Made by a program: the position numbers and the translations under genes. Positions 36,221 through 49,180 of a stretch of DNA of 64,000 bases are shown one piece after another. A model generated the notes under the pieces. That model searched no databases and was not told where the DNA came from. It worked only from the letters and a program-made list of their open reading frames with translations. Where the stretch lies: positions 20,894,001-20,958,000 of the forward strand of contig NC_058377.1 of assembly GCF_018350175.1 (NCBI RefSeq). The letters run 5' to 3'. Source of the stretch: Felis catus (lineage: Eukaryota). Position 1 is the stretch's first letter. Each line of letters begins with the position of its first letter.

Positions 36221-36870
36221 CTCTGGTCATCGGCAGGAGGAACGAAACAGAACTTTATAACTGGATCTATAGCCACAAGTCATCAATTAATCAATAAAAT
36301 AATAGGCACCTAGCGTTTGATTACATTCTGAGAATATATTAATCTGTCTGCTTACTGGTGACTTACACAAAATTATGATAGCAAGCAACATACTAATAAT
36401 AACACAGATGATATTGAACACTAAGTATGTATTGGGAAATTTTGGACGCAGTATCTCCTCTCATGGCAGCTCTCAGAGATAGATATAACTGTTCTCATAG
36501 ATAAGGGAAGGCAGACTGAAGAAGTTTAGGGAAATTTTCTATGATCAAATAGAGAGCAGTAGAGGCAGAATTTCCTGCCAACTTTCTGTGGCTCTCAGGC
36601 ACATACTGCTTTCCCTGTTTCACTTAGGCTGGGTACTACTTGAGTAGTGTGAACTTAGAAGAATCCAGAAGAAGGAAGGGGTCAGAGAACAAATGTACTA
36701 TGAAAAAATCTTACTGGGATCAAAAACTCTGAATGTTTGTGGTCCTTCTGTTTCCTGGCTTAGCATAAAACAACAATAAAAGTCAGGGCTTTCAGTGACT
36801 TTAGAGATCTTAGTTTCCTTAATCAGCCAGAGAGCCACAGGGCATGAAAACATGCAGACCCCCAGTTCTG

Positions 36871-36874
<4 letters not shown>

Positions 36875-36910
<36 letters not shown>
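36875..36910. repeat. (TG)18 microsatellite
   Basis: Read directly. Confidence 0.95.
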
Positions 36911-36914
<4 letters not shown>

Positions 36915-39047
36915 ACCAAGACTTCCTTCTGTAGGTTACAGGAAATCCCTCTTCCTGGGCTAACATTGACCAATCTTCCCTCCTCAGCTTTCCCAACATG
37001 TTCATGGCATAAGGTGAGAAAGGAGAGGGAAACTTACCAAAGGACATAGTATGTATCAACTTGCCTCTTCAACTTTTGCTTTACTTTGGAGACAACCTCA
37101 TCTTGTCCTCAGAGCTTTGGGTGCCACGTGAAATTTATCCATAGATTTTGAAGGGTTGGGTTTCACTAGAAATCTTGGTTCTAGGCTCCTTTTCTCACGT
37201 CCAGCATCAAATACTCTGAACTTCACAGCTCCTGCCTGTCAGTTCAGGAAAATGTTGAAAACATTCTAAGACAGAAAGAATACAAGTTACCGCCAAATTA
37301 CTTTAGTTAATTGACAAGGAATGAAGCGTTGAGAGTTTTGGCATAGTTTAATCCCAGATCATCCATTAGTCTAGACTTCCAGCATTAAAGATGGGGAGGA
37401 TAAGTATTTTCTGGATTCTGTCTGAAGCAGCCTTAAGAAAAATGATCAGCCAAGGCAGGGAATCTTGGTTACAAGGCCGAAAGAGAAAGCACTCAGGGCA
37501 AGTTCTGGTTGTGTCAATAAGGAATAGTCCTGGGATTGAGTAGCTAGCTAATAATAAAGCTTTATTCTGCTAGCCTGGAGATTATATCTCCCAAATCAAT
37601 GAGATACCTCAATACAACCCAGTGTAGGAGACTAGAGCACTATTTCAGGATGACATAGTCATTTCAGATAAGGAAAATGTGCTAACTGTGGCTTTTTCCA
37701 AAGGATCAGGTAAATATTATGATTAAAAATAGCTTATAAAGCCTAGCTGTCAAATGTTTAATATTATCTTTTATCTACTATTATAAAACACATACACTAC
37801 ATACACACATTTCCCATTTGCTCTGCACCATGACTTAACCCACACAATTACATAGCTACTCTTGCTGTCCACTTTACAACTGAGCAAACTGGAACAGAGC
37901 AGGTTTATAAAACCTCAGAGGTAGAGCTAAGATGAACATTTAAGGTTATCCAACCCTGATGTCAGACGGTGGCACTAGTAAGTATGGCTATTTTTACTTG
38001 AAACTTGAACCTGCCAGAGGGAAAAAGGGCATTGATTTGGAATAGCACAATATAATAATGCCTTATAATATAACAACAGATAGCATTTACTCAGTAGCTA
38101 TTATGCGTCAGGAAAGGAACTTTTCATTCATTTCATTTTTAAATCTCTCAGAAACTGCAAGATAAGCATTGCTTAAGCATTACTTCCACCCTACAGGCAA
38201 GGGAATTAGTTAGAAATTAAGGACTCATATCTACTGAGTTAGGGATTGGAATTTTAGAAAGTCTGACTTTGGAGGCTTCACTTGTAACTGCTCAGCCATC
38301 GAATCTTAGGTGAGAGAGAGTTTGTGACTATGAATTTGATTTGATGTCAGCTTCCAATTGTTATCCTGCTTCCTTTGTGGGCTAATGATAAGAATTCTAC
38401 GTATAGAAATTAGTTAATGTAGTTTAAAGCTTTGATCTTGAAAAAATGAAAATACTCCTCAGAATGCGTGCTAGACTGAGCTTTATCTCAGAGGATTTCA
38501 GCTCCCCTTACAGAGCAATAACAGGTAGGTGTTTGGACCCCAATCACTCCTAAAGAAGATGGCCTCCCTTACCTGAGTACATTGCAGAAATTTGTGCTCC
38601 TTGTCTTTCAAGTTCTATCACAGGATATTCTGGATCTCTCTCATGTAGAAAGTGGAGCATTCTGCTTGGAGCTTATAGATCTAGAATCACACACAGGTAC
38701 CTACCTACTTTATCATTCCCAATAGGTACTCCCTCATGGCATTACACATTGGGCTTCTTATCCTAAATCTGGTTGGAATCATCAAAGCCCTCCCATCTCC
38801 TTTTTGAAAGATAGGACCTTCCTGCCAGGACTTACCGTAAACCTATGCTTATGAGACCTCTCTCTCAGTGTCTTCACCCACATGGACCATTTGGTCTTGT
38901 AAATTTCCAGTTTCCATGACGTATGTCCACGTGTCCGTTTAGTCCTCCAAGCTCCTTATCTTCCACCCAGTGCTCCTCATGCTTCCCTTCTCCATTTTCT
39001 CTTTTCTCCTCTTTAGGTATGATCTTGGCATCTTGAAGTTTGAGTAA

Positions 39048-39250
39048 TTTTTAAATTTTTATTTATTATTATTATTATTATTAAGAGAGAGCACACAAGC
39101 AGGAGAGGAGCAGAGGGAGGAGAGGATTTCAAGCAGGCTCCACACCCAGTGCAGAGCCCAATGTGGGGCTTGATCGCACAACCGTGAGATCATGACCTGA
39201 GCCAAAATCAAGAGTCAGGTGCTTAATTGACTGAGCCACCCAGGCACCCC
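39048..39250 (-). mobile_element. Can-SINE
   Basis: Reverse head caggcacccc. Confidence 0.9.
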
Positions 39251-41855
39251 TTGAACAAATTTTATGCCTTATTAACCAAGGGTGAATCTAGGTTTATTGA
39301 ATATTTCCTAAGAGCATGGAGAACCTGCATCAGAAGTTTAGTTTGTCTATTAAAAAGACATTTAGTTTGTCTATTAAAAATGCTGACTTCCAGGCTCTAC
39401 CTATAAAAATGCAATAATTCTCTGGGGTTAGGGCCCAAGAATACAGGTTTTTCACAATTTCTCTGGGTTAATCTTACTTACCTTAAAGTTTGAGAAATAC
39501 TGGGTTTAGAGAGAAAGAAGACAGAGTCGGGCAGTTTGAACGTGATTAGGAAATAGGGACTGAGGTATAAGAGAAGGCTAAGTGGAAGGTTGGATACAGA
39601 AGAGTCCACAAATGGGAAGCCTAGTTTTCTAAACTAAAACCATCACCAACTTTGTAATGTGGTAGTACAGCTAACTTTACAGACGACCAGAGAAGCAATA
39701 AATCCACACTTGTAATTCTCACAACATTCCAGATGGCTGGCTCATGCCCCAGTGTGCCCATGAATAGGGAATGAGCCAGCTAAGTACTCCCCATACATAC
39801 AAGATCAGATACAATCTTGAACACTTCGTGCCAGGAGTTCTCCCCGATACTGGAGACACAAAGTTGTGTAAATTGCTAAGGAGCCATAGTGTTGTAAGGG
39901 TTAGATCTATTGATTGCAAGTGATAAGTTCCATTAGAATTCATTGAAGGCTCTGGTAAATGCAAAATCAAAGTCGTGTGGGGGCAGAGAAGAGAAAGGTA
40001 CGTTTGTTTGGGGGCAGCATGGAATACTTCGTAAGGTTGATAGCATTTAACTGAGCCATTAAGGATGAATATTTGCAGATCAAGAAGGGATAGGAGACTT
40101 TCAGGTTTTAAGTAACCCAAAGTATCAAAACTTTTGAGCTTTTCAATAGGAAAATGAGATGATAAAGATTACTTGTTTTTTATTATCAAACTACTGCATA
40201 AAATACTCTTATAATTATTATGTAAGTATATTCCTCTTTAAAGATAGCCAAGACAAGCACATACTATTTGTTGGATGAAGAATGATTCAAACCTGATGGG
40301 GCTTAAAGGCTCGTAGGAACAAAAACTGGATTGGCTCTTGAGACAGACAGATGGAACTTAATTTTTACCTTTGGATCCTTCCCATTTCTGCTAGCAGTGT
40401 CTTGTATACCTATTACATGGATTTTTGCTTTTAGGTTTGTCGAATAATCATTCGAATTGTCGAATAATCATTAATGTGTTAATTTAAAAAGAGATGCGAC
40501 TATTTTGACTTATTTACTTCTTAATAAAAATAATTTAGTTCTTAAAGGCTTGAAGTTGGGATGATTCACACAGTAACTGTAGAATAAAAAATTTCCCCGA
40601 AATTGTATTATTTGGGGCAGCGTACTTTGGGCTTTTTCAAATACAGTAGGTTACCAGTTACTTCTATACATGCAGCACATGATTCTCACATGAAACGTTA
40701 GTGAGAAGAATAAGGACAAAGTTTTCCAAAAGCTGGAGATGTGGTGCTTGAGCCCTTAATGAAAGAGAAATTTGTTAGTCTTATTATCTGGGTATTCAGA
40801 ACATAAAAATCAGAGCTTCCTGTAGTGAGCACGATATTGGCTCAAGTATCGATCTATGTGTGTAGAACTCAACGGCCAAAAGTAGGAATGAAGAGTTCTC
40901 ATTCCTATCTTCCTTTAGAAAAACAGAAATTGTATTACAATATGCAATGAAATATACCGTATTTTTAGTACTCTAAAACTAGAAGCCTTAACAAGACTTA
41001 ATTCCACCAAGTTCCTTTCTAATTCAGGAGTAAGAATAAACTTTGAGCATACAAAGTTGTCTGAGATTGGAAGCTGATAGAAATTGGCTTGTACCTGTTC
41101 TAATACTGCATTCCTGAGGCTTCTTCCCCTGGCCAATTTGAAGAATGTGCAGTCAGAGGACTTATGACTCCTGTTTATGGTCAATGAAGCACACAGAAGG
41201 CTTCTTGTTATCAATACCTGTGTGCTTCAAGTGATACCAAGAAAAACCCCTCTGTGGTGTTGAAAGAAAAGTTCTTATAACTTGCATGATTATTTCTTCC
41301 TATACCCAATCAATTAAAATTTACTTTAACTTACTTTGAACTTGCTTTGAAATCCCAAAAGGGAACAACTTTAGCCCAACTTTATTGAAAATAAACAATG
41401 TAATTAGTCCTTTGAGGTTATAGGAAGTACAGTATTTGAGATTTGTCATAGACTGGCAGCCATACTCTTTTAATAAAAAAAAAAATAGAGCTATTTCTTG
41501 AGTAGAGGGTAGAAGAAAATTTGCTACTATATCCAACCTTTGGGAAATTCTTCTAAACTTGGTAGTGACTCAGTGAGACTTTGGGGATCTTGATAGTGTA
41601 ATAAAATTATAAAAATTAAATCTATATATTCATAACACTAATAAGAAAATAAATCCTATTTTAAAAATACTGGATATTGAATTACATACTAGTTATGACA
41701 CAACTAGCTGCATGAACTTGAATATATTACTTAAATTCTTTGAGCTTCAGAGAATATACTTACATCGGCAAAATGTGTTTCATAGGGTTTTTAAGAGAAT
41801 GGGTTGTGTATAGTTTGCACTAAGATAATCAATAAAGATTAGAAAAATCATTTAA

Positions 41856-42062
41856 GGGGTGCCTGAGTGGCATCAATTAAGCATCCGACTCTTGATTTTG
41901 GCTCAGGTCATGAGCTCCTGGTTTGTGGGATGGAGCCCCACCCATGGTGGGGAGAATCCTGCTTGGGATTCTCTCTTGCCCTCTCTTCTGCCCCTCCCCC
42001 CGCACACTCTCTCTGTCTCAAAATAAGTAAACAGACTTAAAAAAAAAAAAGAAAAATTATTT
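41856..42062 (+). mobile_element. Can-SINE
   Basis: Flanking repeat gaaaaat(c/t)atttaa. Confidence 0.9.
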
Positions 42063-42952
42063 AAATGTTGTTCATTGTCAAGCAGAATAAAAATTCTCTT
42101 CTCACTTACATGAATTCCACAAGCTCGGAGTGTCCATTTTTTTTCTCTGTTTCCTCCACTTCCCATCCCCTGAATAAATATTGAACTTACAGTCCTTTAA
42201 GGCAACACTGTGAACTGTTAGGAGCCTGAACTTTGTTAGACGCCACTCTACTAAAAAATTCTGCACACTCTGGAGCATGAAGTGGATTGTGAATGCTATT
42301 GGCTTAGCAGAGATATAATAAAATCAAAAGAACAATTTTAAAAGTTCCATTGATGGTTGTCCAAACTTAGTTAGAATTAGGAAATACAGTCATGTCAGAC
42401 CGTGTATTGGCGATTTTTATTTGTAGCTAATTATGTCTTTTCCCCCTCTCTCGAAAATGAGAAGATAGTCTATGATACTCTTAGGGGTTCATAGGCTAAA
42501 TAAATTATGGTTTGAAATACACAATAGTTAAACGATAATTTTGAACTGATTAGAATTATTGGTCTAGTGAAAAGCTACTGAGGGTGAGTTCTGCCCACTT
42601 TGATTCTCACCTCTCCAGTGGGTCAGATTTGCAGAGGACGAGGAGTCAATCCTGGAGTTCCAGTCTAGAATCCATTTCCTAAGTGCAGCTGGTGATTTTC
42701 TAAGCACTTAATTCCCTGTAATCCTCTTTGCTTAAAATTCCTAGAATAGTTTGTTTCCTTCACTGAAATCTAACTGATATAAATTCCAATTAGAGTGAGA
42801 CTTCTATAAAGTGTGCCAGATAATCACCTTACCCTGAGGATGTTTTGGTGCTATACTTGACCCCAAAGCTTTCTCTCATAGGAACAGGCCAAGAAACAAG
42901 AAATGAGTCCAAATGGGTTGTTCAATACGCACCTTGTGATATCTACATTCAT

Positions 42953-43042
42953 TCTCCCATCCAAGTACTAAGCAGGCCTGACCCTAGTTAGCTTCCAAGA
43001 TCAGATGAGATGGGGTGCATTCAGGGTGGTATGGCCATAGAC
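42953..43042 (-). pseudogene. 3'-truncated 5S rRNA pseudogene (about nt 1-90 of 5S)
   Basis: Reverse complement reads GTCTATGGCCATACCACCCTGAATGCACCCCATCTCATCTGATCTTGGAAGCTAACTAGGGTCAGGCCTGCTTAGTACTTGGATGGGAGA, i.e. vertebrate 5S with CpGs decayed; last ~30 nt missing. Confidence 0.93.
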
Positions 43043-44199
43043 AATTCTGAGAAAATTTCACCTTAGACTAAAGAAGGAATGTCAGTCTGAGGGGAGATTG
43101 GTATTATTGTTATCTTTTCCAAGACATTTCCCCCCTTCCCTTTTCTTCTTTTTTCTTTATGCCTGTTTGCTTTGGATAATCAATGAAAATGTTAGGGAAA
43201 ATTGAACTCTCTACTGGCTGAGTTAGCTCAGAAAGTACTCTATAATAACATTAAATTATCATATGGGATACTGTCCAGGCTGAGAATATGTGTTGAAGTA
43301 TGTGAAGGTTGTCCTCGGTGCCTTCTAGATCCTTTTCTGGAATCAGATCATCTTCTTCCTAAACAAGATCATTTATTGGCTATTTAAATACTAATGGCAA
43401 GTACTTCTTATTCTTTGTCCCTCGCCGTCAAAATTTACCCTCACTAGTCATCCAAGCTGGGTATATACAAGAAAGGGGTGGATTACTGACTGTGCCATAA
43501 CATTCCCAAAGGCACTAGCATAAAAAAATTCAAAGTTTAGCATAAAAGAGTACCAGACTGGTAAAATTTCAGGCAGGCAGTTCCAAAAATGAATGAAAAA
43601 ATATCTTTCAGTGTGGGGACATCTGTGTGATGGTAGGGGTTCTCCCTCAAAACCAACAACTCAGGTAATATGTATTTTATCTGAAGTTATAACAAAACTT
43701 CAGTTTGATTCCAAGTAGAAACTGAGAGAGACTGAATTTGAATTATGGTAGAACATGTCATCTAGAGATGAATTATTGAATTGTGCTTTTATATTTTGAG
43801 GAAAACATGAAGGTGATGCATAGAATAGTAATTTAGTAACAAGGATAATACTGGGAACATTGGTATTATTAATATAATAGTAATAACACTATTATTACAC
43901 CAGTGCATATTTATTTGGCTGTTTCAGTTAATATGCTACATTCTTTACATTCATTAGCATACTCAGATCTCACAACAGCTTAATATGGTGATAATCACAC
44001 TTGACAATGAGTGCTTTCTTTGTATACCAAGTACTTTGCAAGCAGAATCTTATTTAATCTTCAACAATGCTATGAAGCAGGAACCATTTTGTCCCTATTC
44101 TAAAGATTAGGAAATTGAGTTTTAGAGAAAGCAGCTTGCCTAAGATCAGGCAGCTAACAAGAAGATGATGTAAAGCTTAAAAAGAGCCATTTTAAAGAA

Positions 44200-44660
44200 T
44201 GTGTGGCGCGCACACACACACACACACGTATATATATATATACAATGGAATATTACTCAGCCATCAAAAAGAATGAAATCTTGCCATTTGCAATGATATG
44301 GATGCAGCTAGAGTGTATTATGCTAAGCAAAAGAAAGCAGTCAGAAAAAAGACAAATACCATATGATTTCACTCATGGGGAATTTAGGAAACAAAAGAGA
44401 TGAATATATGGGAAGGGAAAAAGAGAGAGGGAAACAAACCATAAGAGACTCCTGACAATAGAGAACTAACTGAGGGTTGATGGAGGGAGGTGGGGGGGGG
44501 GGATGGGCTAGATGGGTGATGGGCATTAAGGAGGGCGCTTGTTATGATGAGCACTGGGTGTTGTGTGTAAGTGATGAATGAACCACTGAATTCTACTCCT
44601 GAAACCAATATTGCATGGTATGATAACTAACTAGAATTTAAATAAAAATTTGAAAAAAAA
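44200..44660 (+). mobile_element. Carnivore L1 3' end, 5'-truncated
   Basis: tatacaatggaatattactcagccatcaaaaagaatgaaatcttgcc...actcctgaaaccaatatt plus tail. Confidence 0.9.
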
Positions 44661-45449
44661 TATGGTCATTTGCCTTAGGAGCTAGGCTCTTACCCACTTC
44701 CCACTTTATTACACTGTTTTCCTCATATGTGTGATTATTTCACAAATATAATCTGATGGCAGCATCTATTCTTTGCCCCTCGCCATCATTGACATTATTT
44801 GCCATCAAATGACAAACATTTATTGAGCACCTGGTCTGTGTCAGATCCTGTTTCCTAGCATTTCAGAAATATTTATTCTTTCCTCTCACATTTCCATGGA
44901 GGAAAGGACTTCCTTTCTTCTCCACATACTGGAAATTTGGGCTTTTTCTACCTTTTACCCGATTTCATAAGAGAAGAGAAATAGCTAATATGAAGGGTCT
45001 AAAATTCTTTGAGCCATACCTTTACCACTAGGTGGAGCTATTGTGCTTCAAAAGCAAGAAGACCGCTCCCTCCTCCTCTTTGGACCAGTTCATTTATAAA
45101 CAGAAAAATGACACTTTTTGGCACTATCTCACCACCCTTACTCCTGCAACGTAATTGGTACATGGAATCCCTTTTATGTCTGTAGGGAATGTCCACAATT
45201 TCCTTTTGTTTACAGTGGATCAGACAAGAGGGAATAGGCAAGCAGCTTCATTTGGCTTTAAGATGAAGGTGTACTTTTCCGGTCTAATATTTACTAGAGA
45301 GTTCTGCTTTCTACAGATAATGGTCCACCTGCCCATTGCTTCAGCTGATTCACTTATCTTATTTGACTACAGGCCTTCGTGTATTTCTTTACTGATTAGA
45401 TTTTAGAGAAGAATTAATCTTAGGATGAGCTAACTTAAAAAAATGCTTA

Positions 45450-46110
45450 TGATTTATTCAGCCTTAAAAAAAAAGAAAGAAATTCTGTATCCATTCATCA
45501 GTTGATGAACATTAGGGCTCTTTCCATAATTTGGCCATTGTTGATAGCACTGCTATAAACATTGGGGTGCATGTGCCCCTTCGAATCAGCGTTTTTGCCT
45601 CCTTTGTATAAATACCTAGTAGTGCAATTGCTGGGTCATAAGGTAGTTGTAATTTTAACTCTTTGAAAAACCTCCATACTGTTTTTCCAGACTGGCTGCT
45701 TTTGAAACAATATAGATGGACCTGGAGGACATTATGCTCCGTGAAGTAAGGCAGCTATGAAAAGACAAATATTGCATGATTTCATGTATATATGTAGTCT
45801 AAACATGTCAAACTCATGAAAGCAGAGAGTAGAATGATGGTTGTCAGGGGCTGGGGAGTGGCCAAAAGGGGGCGCTTCTCTTCAAAGGGGACAAAGTTTC
45901 AGTTTGCAAGATGTATAAGTTAATGGAGATCATATACAACCTTGCAACTATAGTTAACAATACTGTATTATATACTTGAAATTTGCTAAGAGAGTTGACC
46001 TTAAGTGTTCTCACTACAAAAAATTCGTAATTACATGAGGTAATGAATATGTTACATGGCTTGGTTGTGATTATCATTTTATAATGTATACATATACCAA
46101 AACATCATGC
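45450..46110 (+). mobile_element. Old L1MA 3' end carrying an antisense younger L1 patch (45488-45699)
   Basis: Host tattcagccttaaaaa..gaaattctg / ..atggacctggaggacattatgct; the insert is carnivore-type ORF2-end in reverse. Confidence 0.8.
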
Positions 46111-46377
46111 TCAATGTTAAGATACATGGTTTCATTTTCTGCATCCTTAGAAAATATAGCATCACATAAAGGTTTAATTACCCCTGACTTTGACAGGTTA
46201 GAACATATCGGGCTTGAGTTACTTAAAAAGGAGTCAGGCGTGGGCAAGAGGTGCTATGATACATTTCAGGGAAAAGATGACCATTTAGCATTGTTCTAAC
46301 TGAATTAGGCTAAGGTGACCATTATGCAGGTGGGAGAAAGGAAGGGAGGAAATGAGAGTTTTGTGACATAAGGCTAA

Positions 46378-46444
46378 GCCCAGAATCTTCTATAATCACT
46401 CCACACTTGCCCAGAATCTCCTATAATCACTCCACACTTGCCCA
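46378..46444. repeat. 31-bp tandem duplication (2 units plus partial)
   Basis: gcccagaatct(t/c)ctataatcactccacactt twice, then gccca. Confidence 0.95.
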
Positions 46445-46612
46445 TATTTACATGGTGTGTATTAAACATGAAAAAATACTTTCAGCTCTAGCTTAGAACC
46501 TTAGCCCTAGATTTTTCTTAATGTGATTTGATAGAGTTTGGAGGGAGCATTTCTGGTTATTGTATCAGTTAAAAAAGAGTTTGTAACTTTCCATAGAAAA
46601 TGCATTTTTACC

Positions 46613-46826
46613 AGGTGCCTGGGTGGCTCAGTCAATTAAGCGTCTGATTCTTGATTTCCGGTCAGGTCATAATCTCATGGTTCATGAGTTCGAGTCCTGG
46701 CAGCGCGGAGCCTGCTCGACATTTTCTCTCTCTCTCCCCTTCTCTCTGCCCCTCCCCTGCTTGCGCACTCTCTCTCTCAAGATAAAAAAAAAATAAACTT
46801 TAAAAAACAACCTAAAAAAAAAAAAG
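46613..46826 (+). mobile_element. Can-SINE
   Basis: Head, (CT)n and tail. Confidence 0.9.
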
Positions 46827-47726
46827 AAGTTTTTCTTCATCACTGCTGCAGTCCAAGGCATATCTGTCCAGTGGGACACTGTTCAAGTTTGGTCTGAGGA
46901 ATATTTAGTCCTCTAGTAATTTTGAGGCGTCTGAGAATGATAATTGGGACTCATTTCAGTCACTGTTTGGTTTTAAATTACCCTAAGCATAAAACCCACA
47001 ATTGGAGGATTTCTCAAATTTTCTTCTTGCCCTTCTAATCTTTTTCTCTTTATTTTCTCTCACTGGGTTTTACCTGATCCCATGGCTTTAGCCTCCAGGG
47101 AAACCATCCCCAAATCATCTTCTCATGTACCAACCTTCCTCCTTTTCCTTCTTACATTTATTTGACCTTAGTTGGGCATTTTCCTAACATGCGCTTATGC
47201 TTGGAGGTCCTGTTAGCAGCTGGCACTCATCATGTTCAACACTGAATGTATGATTGTTATAAATATCTCCAATATTTTTGAGTTATTTTTGTTTGCAGGA
47301 TAATAGCATAGTTTATCCAAACACCTAGGCTAGTATCTTTTGGAATTTTTTTTTTTTTTTTGTCTATTTCTACTTTCTTTGTAAGAAGTCCTAATGGATC
47401 TTCCTTTGCAACATCTCTAAGAGTATGTTTGTTTCTTGGAATTACTCACAGTAGCACTATTAATTCAGGGCACTTAAAAATCAATCACTGGTTATTGTGA
47501 TTGCCCCCCAAAGCTGACCCTGCCTCTTGTCTTCCTTATACCAGTCCATCTTGCTGGTGCACACTGTGTTAATCTTCTCGAGTATGCATTTTGATTATTT
47601 CAATCCTGTGCCAAAAAAGAAATAAAAATCCTAATGCCCTCCCATCATGAGCTGACCTGGATTTTGGCATTTTAGAGCTTCGTATACTAATCCAAATCTG
47701 TCTTTTGATCTGAGTGTATGCTGTAG

Positions 47727-47736
47727 TCCCTGGGGA
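47727..47736 (+). promoter_or_regulatory. O/E (EBF) consensus site TCCCTGGGGA upstream of the OR8B-like gene
   Basis: Matches the TCCCNNGGGA motif typical of OR promoters; a homeodomain-like CTAATGA occurs at about 48463-48469. Short motifs, low specificity. Confidence 0.3.
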
Positions 47737-49180
47737 GAGACATCGGGACCTCTCTGAGAGCCTGTGGAAGTCCTCTGTGTGACATTCAGAGAGGAGGAAG
47801 ATTATATTCTTTCTTTGAGTTCAGTACTTTTGATCTGAAGTGCTCCTACGTGACCACTAAGAGTTCCGCAGTGGCCTTCACTTACCATACTAGTGTTTTT
47901 CCTGTTCTGCACTCAGGTGTGCAAAGAAAAGGGTTGACACCACGTAAGCCTTTGCCTGTGGGGCAAGAATTCTGTTGTGGTTAGTGTCCAGGAAGGATGG
48001 AAAAAAGGGATTCTCATTCATTCATTTAATTAAACAAATATTTATTCAGTACCTACTATATATGCTTGGTAATACTTTAAGTTGCTACGGAAAGAGTACT
48101 GAAGAAAACAGACAAAAGCCTGCCCTCTTTGAAACTTAAATTAACATGGATGTGAGTGTATGAAGGTATGTGTGTATCGATTGTGAAAAGACACAACAAA
48201 CCAACAAATAATGTATAGGATTTTATGTAGCAAGAGGTGCTGTGGATGCAGGAAAGATCATCTGCTTTTCTGCTTGGGGATACGCCCTATTTGGCAACAG
48301 ACCAAAATGTATGTAAAAGGGTAAATTCCAATAATGCAGTGTTATTATAATGACCTAGGCTACAAATGCAGAGTAGGTAATTTTGCTACAAAGTCTGATC
48401 TCTGGGGAAAACACTGGGAGAAATGTCTTCCAATATTTAATCAGGTCTCTAGGATTTCCTAACTAATGAAAACCCTTGAGGTCATATTAGCAGGGGGCTC
48501 TCTGGGCATGAGTAGATACTATTTACTACCCGCTAGCCTGGAGAAAAATACTCTGGGCAAAGCCACCATTAGATATCATGATCTATAACTCACGGCTTCT
48601 CAGAAGTCTGTGCTCTGGTTCCTTTCACACAAAATTCGCTCAGAACAAACCCAGTAACAAAGAAGAATCTCCGTTTTGGGCTACTTGCCTGGAAAATTCA
48701 TCAGAGCCTCTTGTGCCCCCTTGAAAATAAGGGAGAAGGGTTAGCACAGCCCAACAGTGAAATCCCGATGCAGAAGGGTGAGTGATGAATTTTATGTATC
48801 CCCTTATTTTTCCAAACCTCAGCTATGAGGCTGAAGATCTGAAATGCCATGATCTCCTGTCTGCTAAGACAGCCATTGAGCATTAGGGGGGGCTGAGGGA
48901 CTGTGAAAGCTGAAGTAGAGCAGAGATGATGGAGTCCTGATCCCTCACAGGGGTACTCAGTCTTACCCCTACAGCACTTGCCTGCTGGTGTTTTTGATAG
49001 ACATCTTTAAACAATCTCAGCCTTTATCCGATGGAGACAGCAAAGGCACACAGGAGGGTGGGAGTGAGTTCATTCTCATTCTGGGACTCTGTCTCATTAC
49101 GGAGGGATTGGGGGAAGAGGGCTGGGTGCTCATTTTAATGTCACCCTCTGTCCTGTTCTCACAGATACGCCCTAGGGAAC

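Noticed and set aside
39719-40120. 133-aa minus-strand ORF in unique DNA, checked as an OR or ERV remnant
   Set aside because: TTG start and no OR, retroviral or other motif recognised; at most a UTR exon.
42953-43042. Functional 5S rRNA gene
   Set aside because: Truncated, CpG-decayed, solitary, with no terminator.
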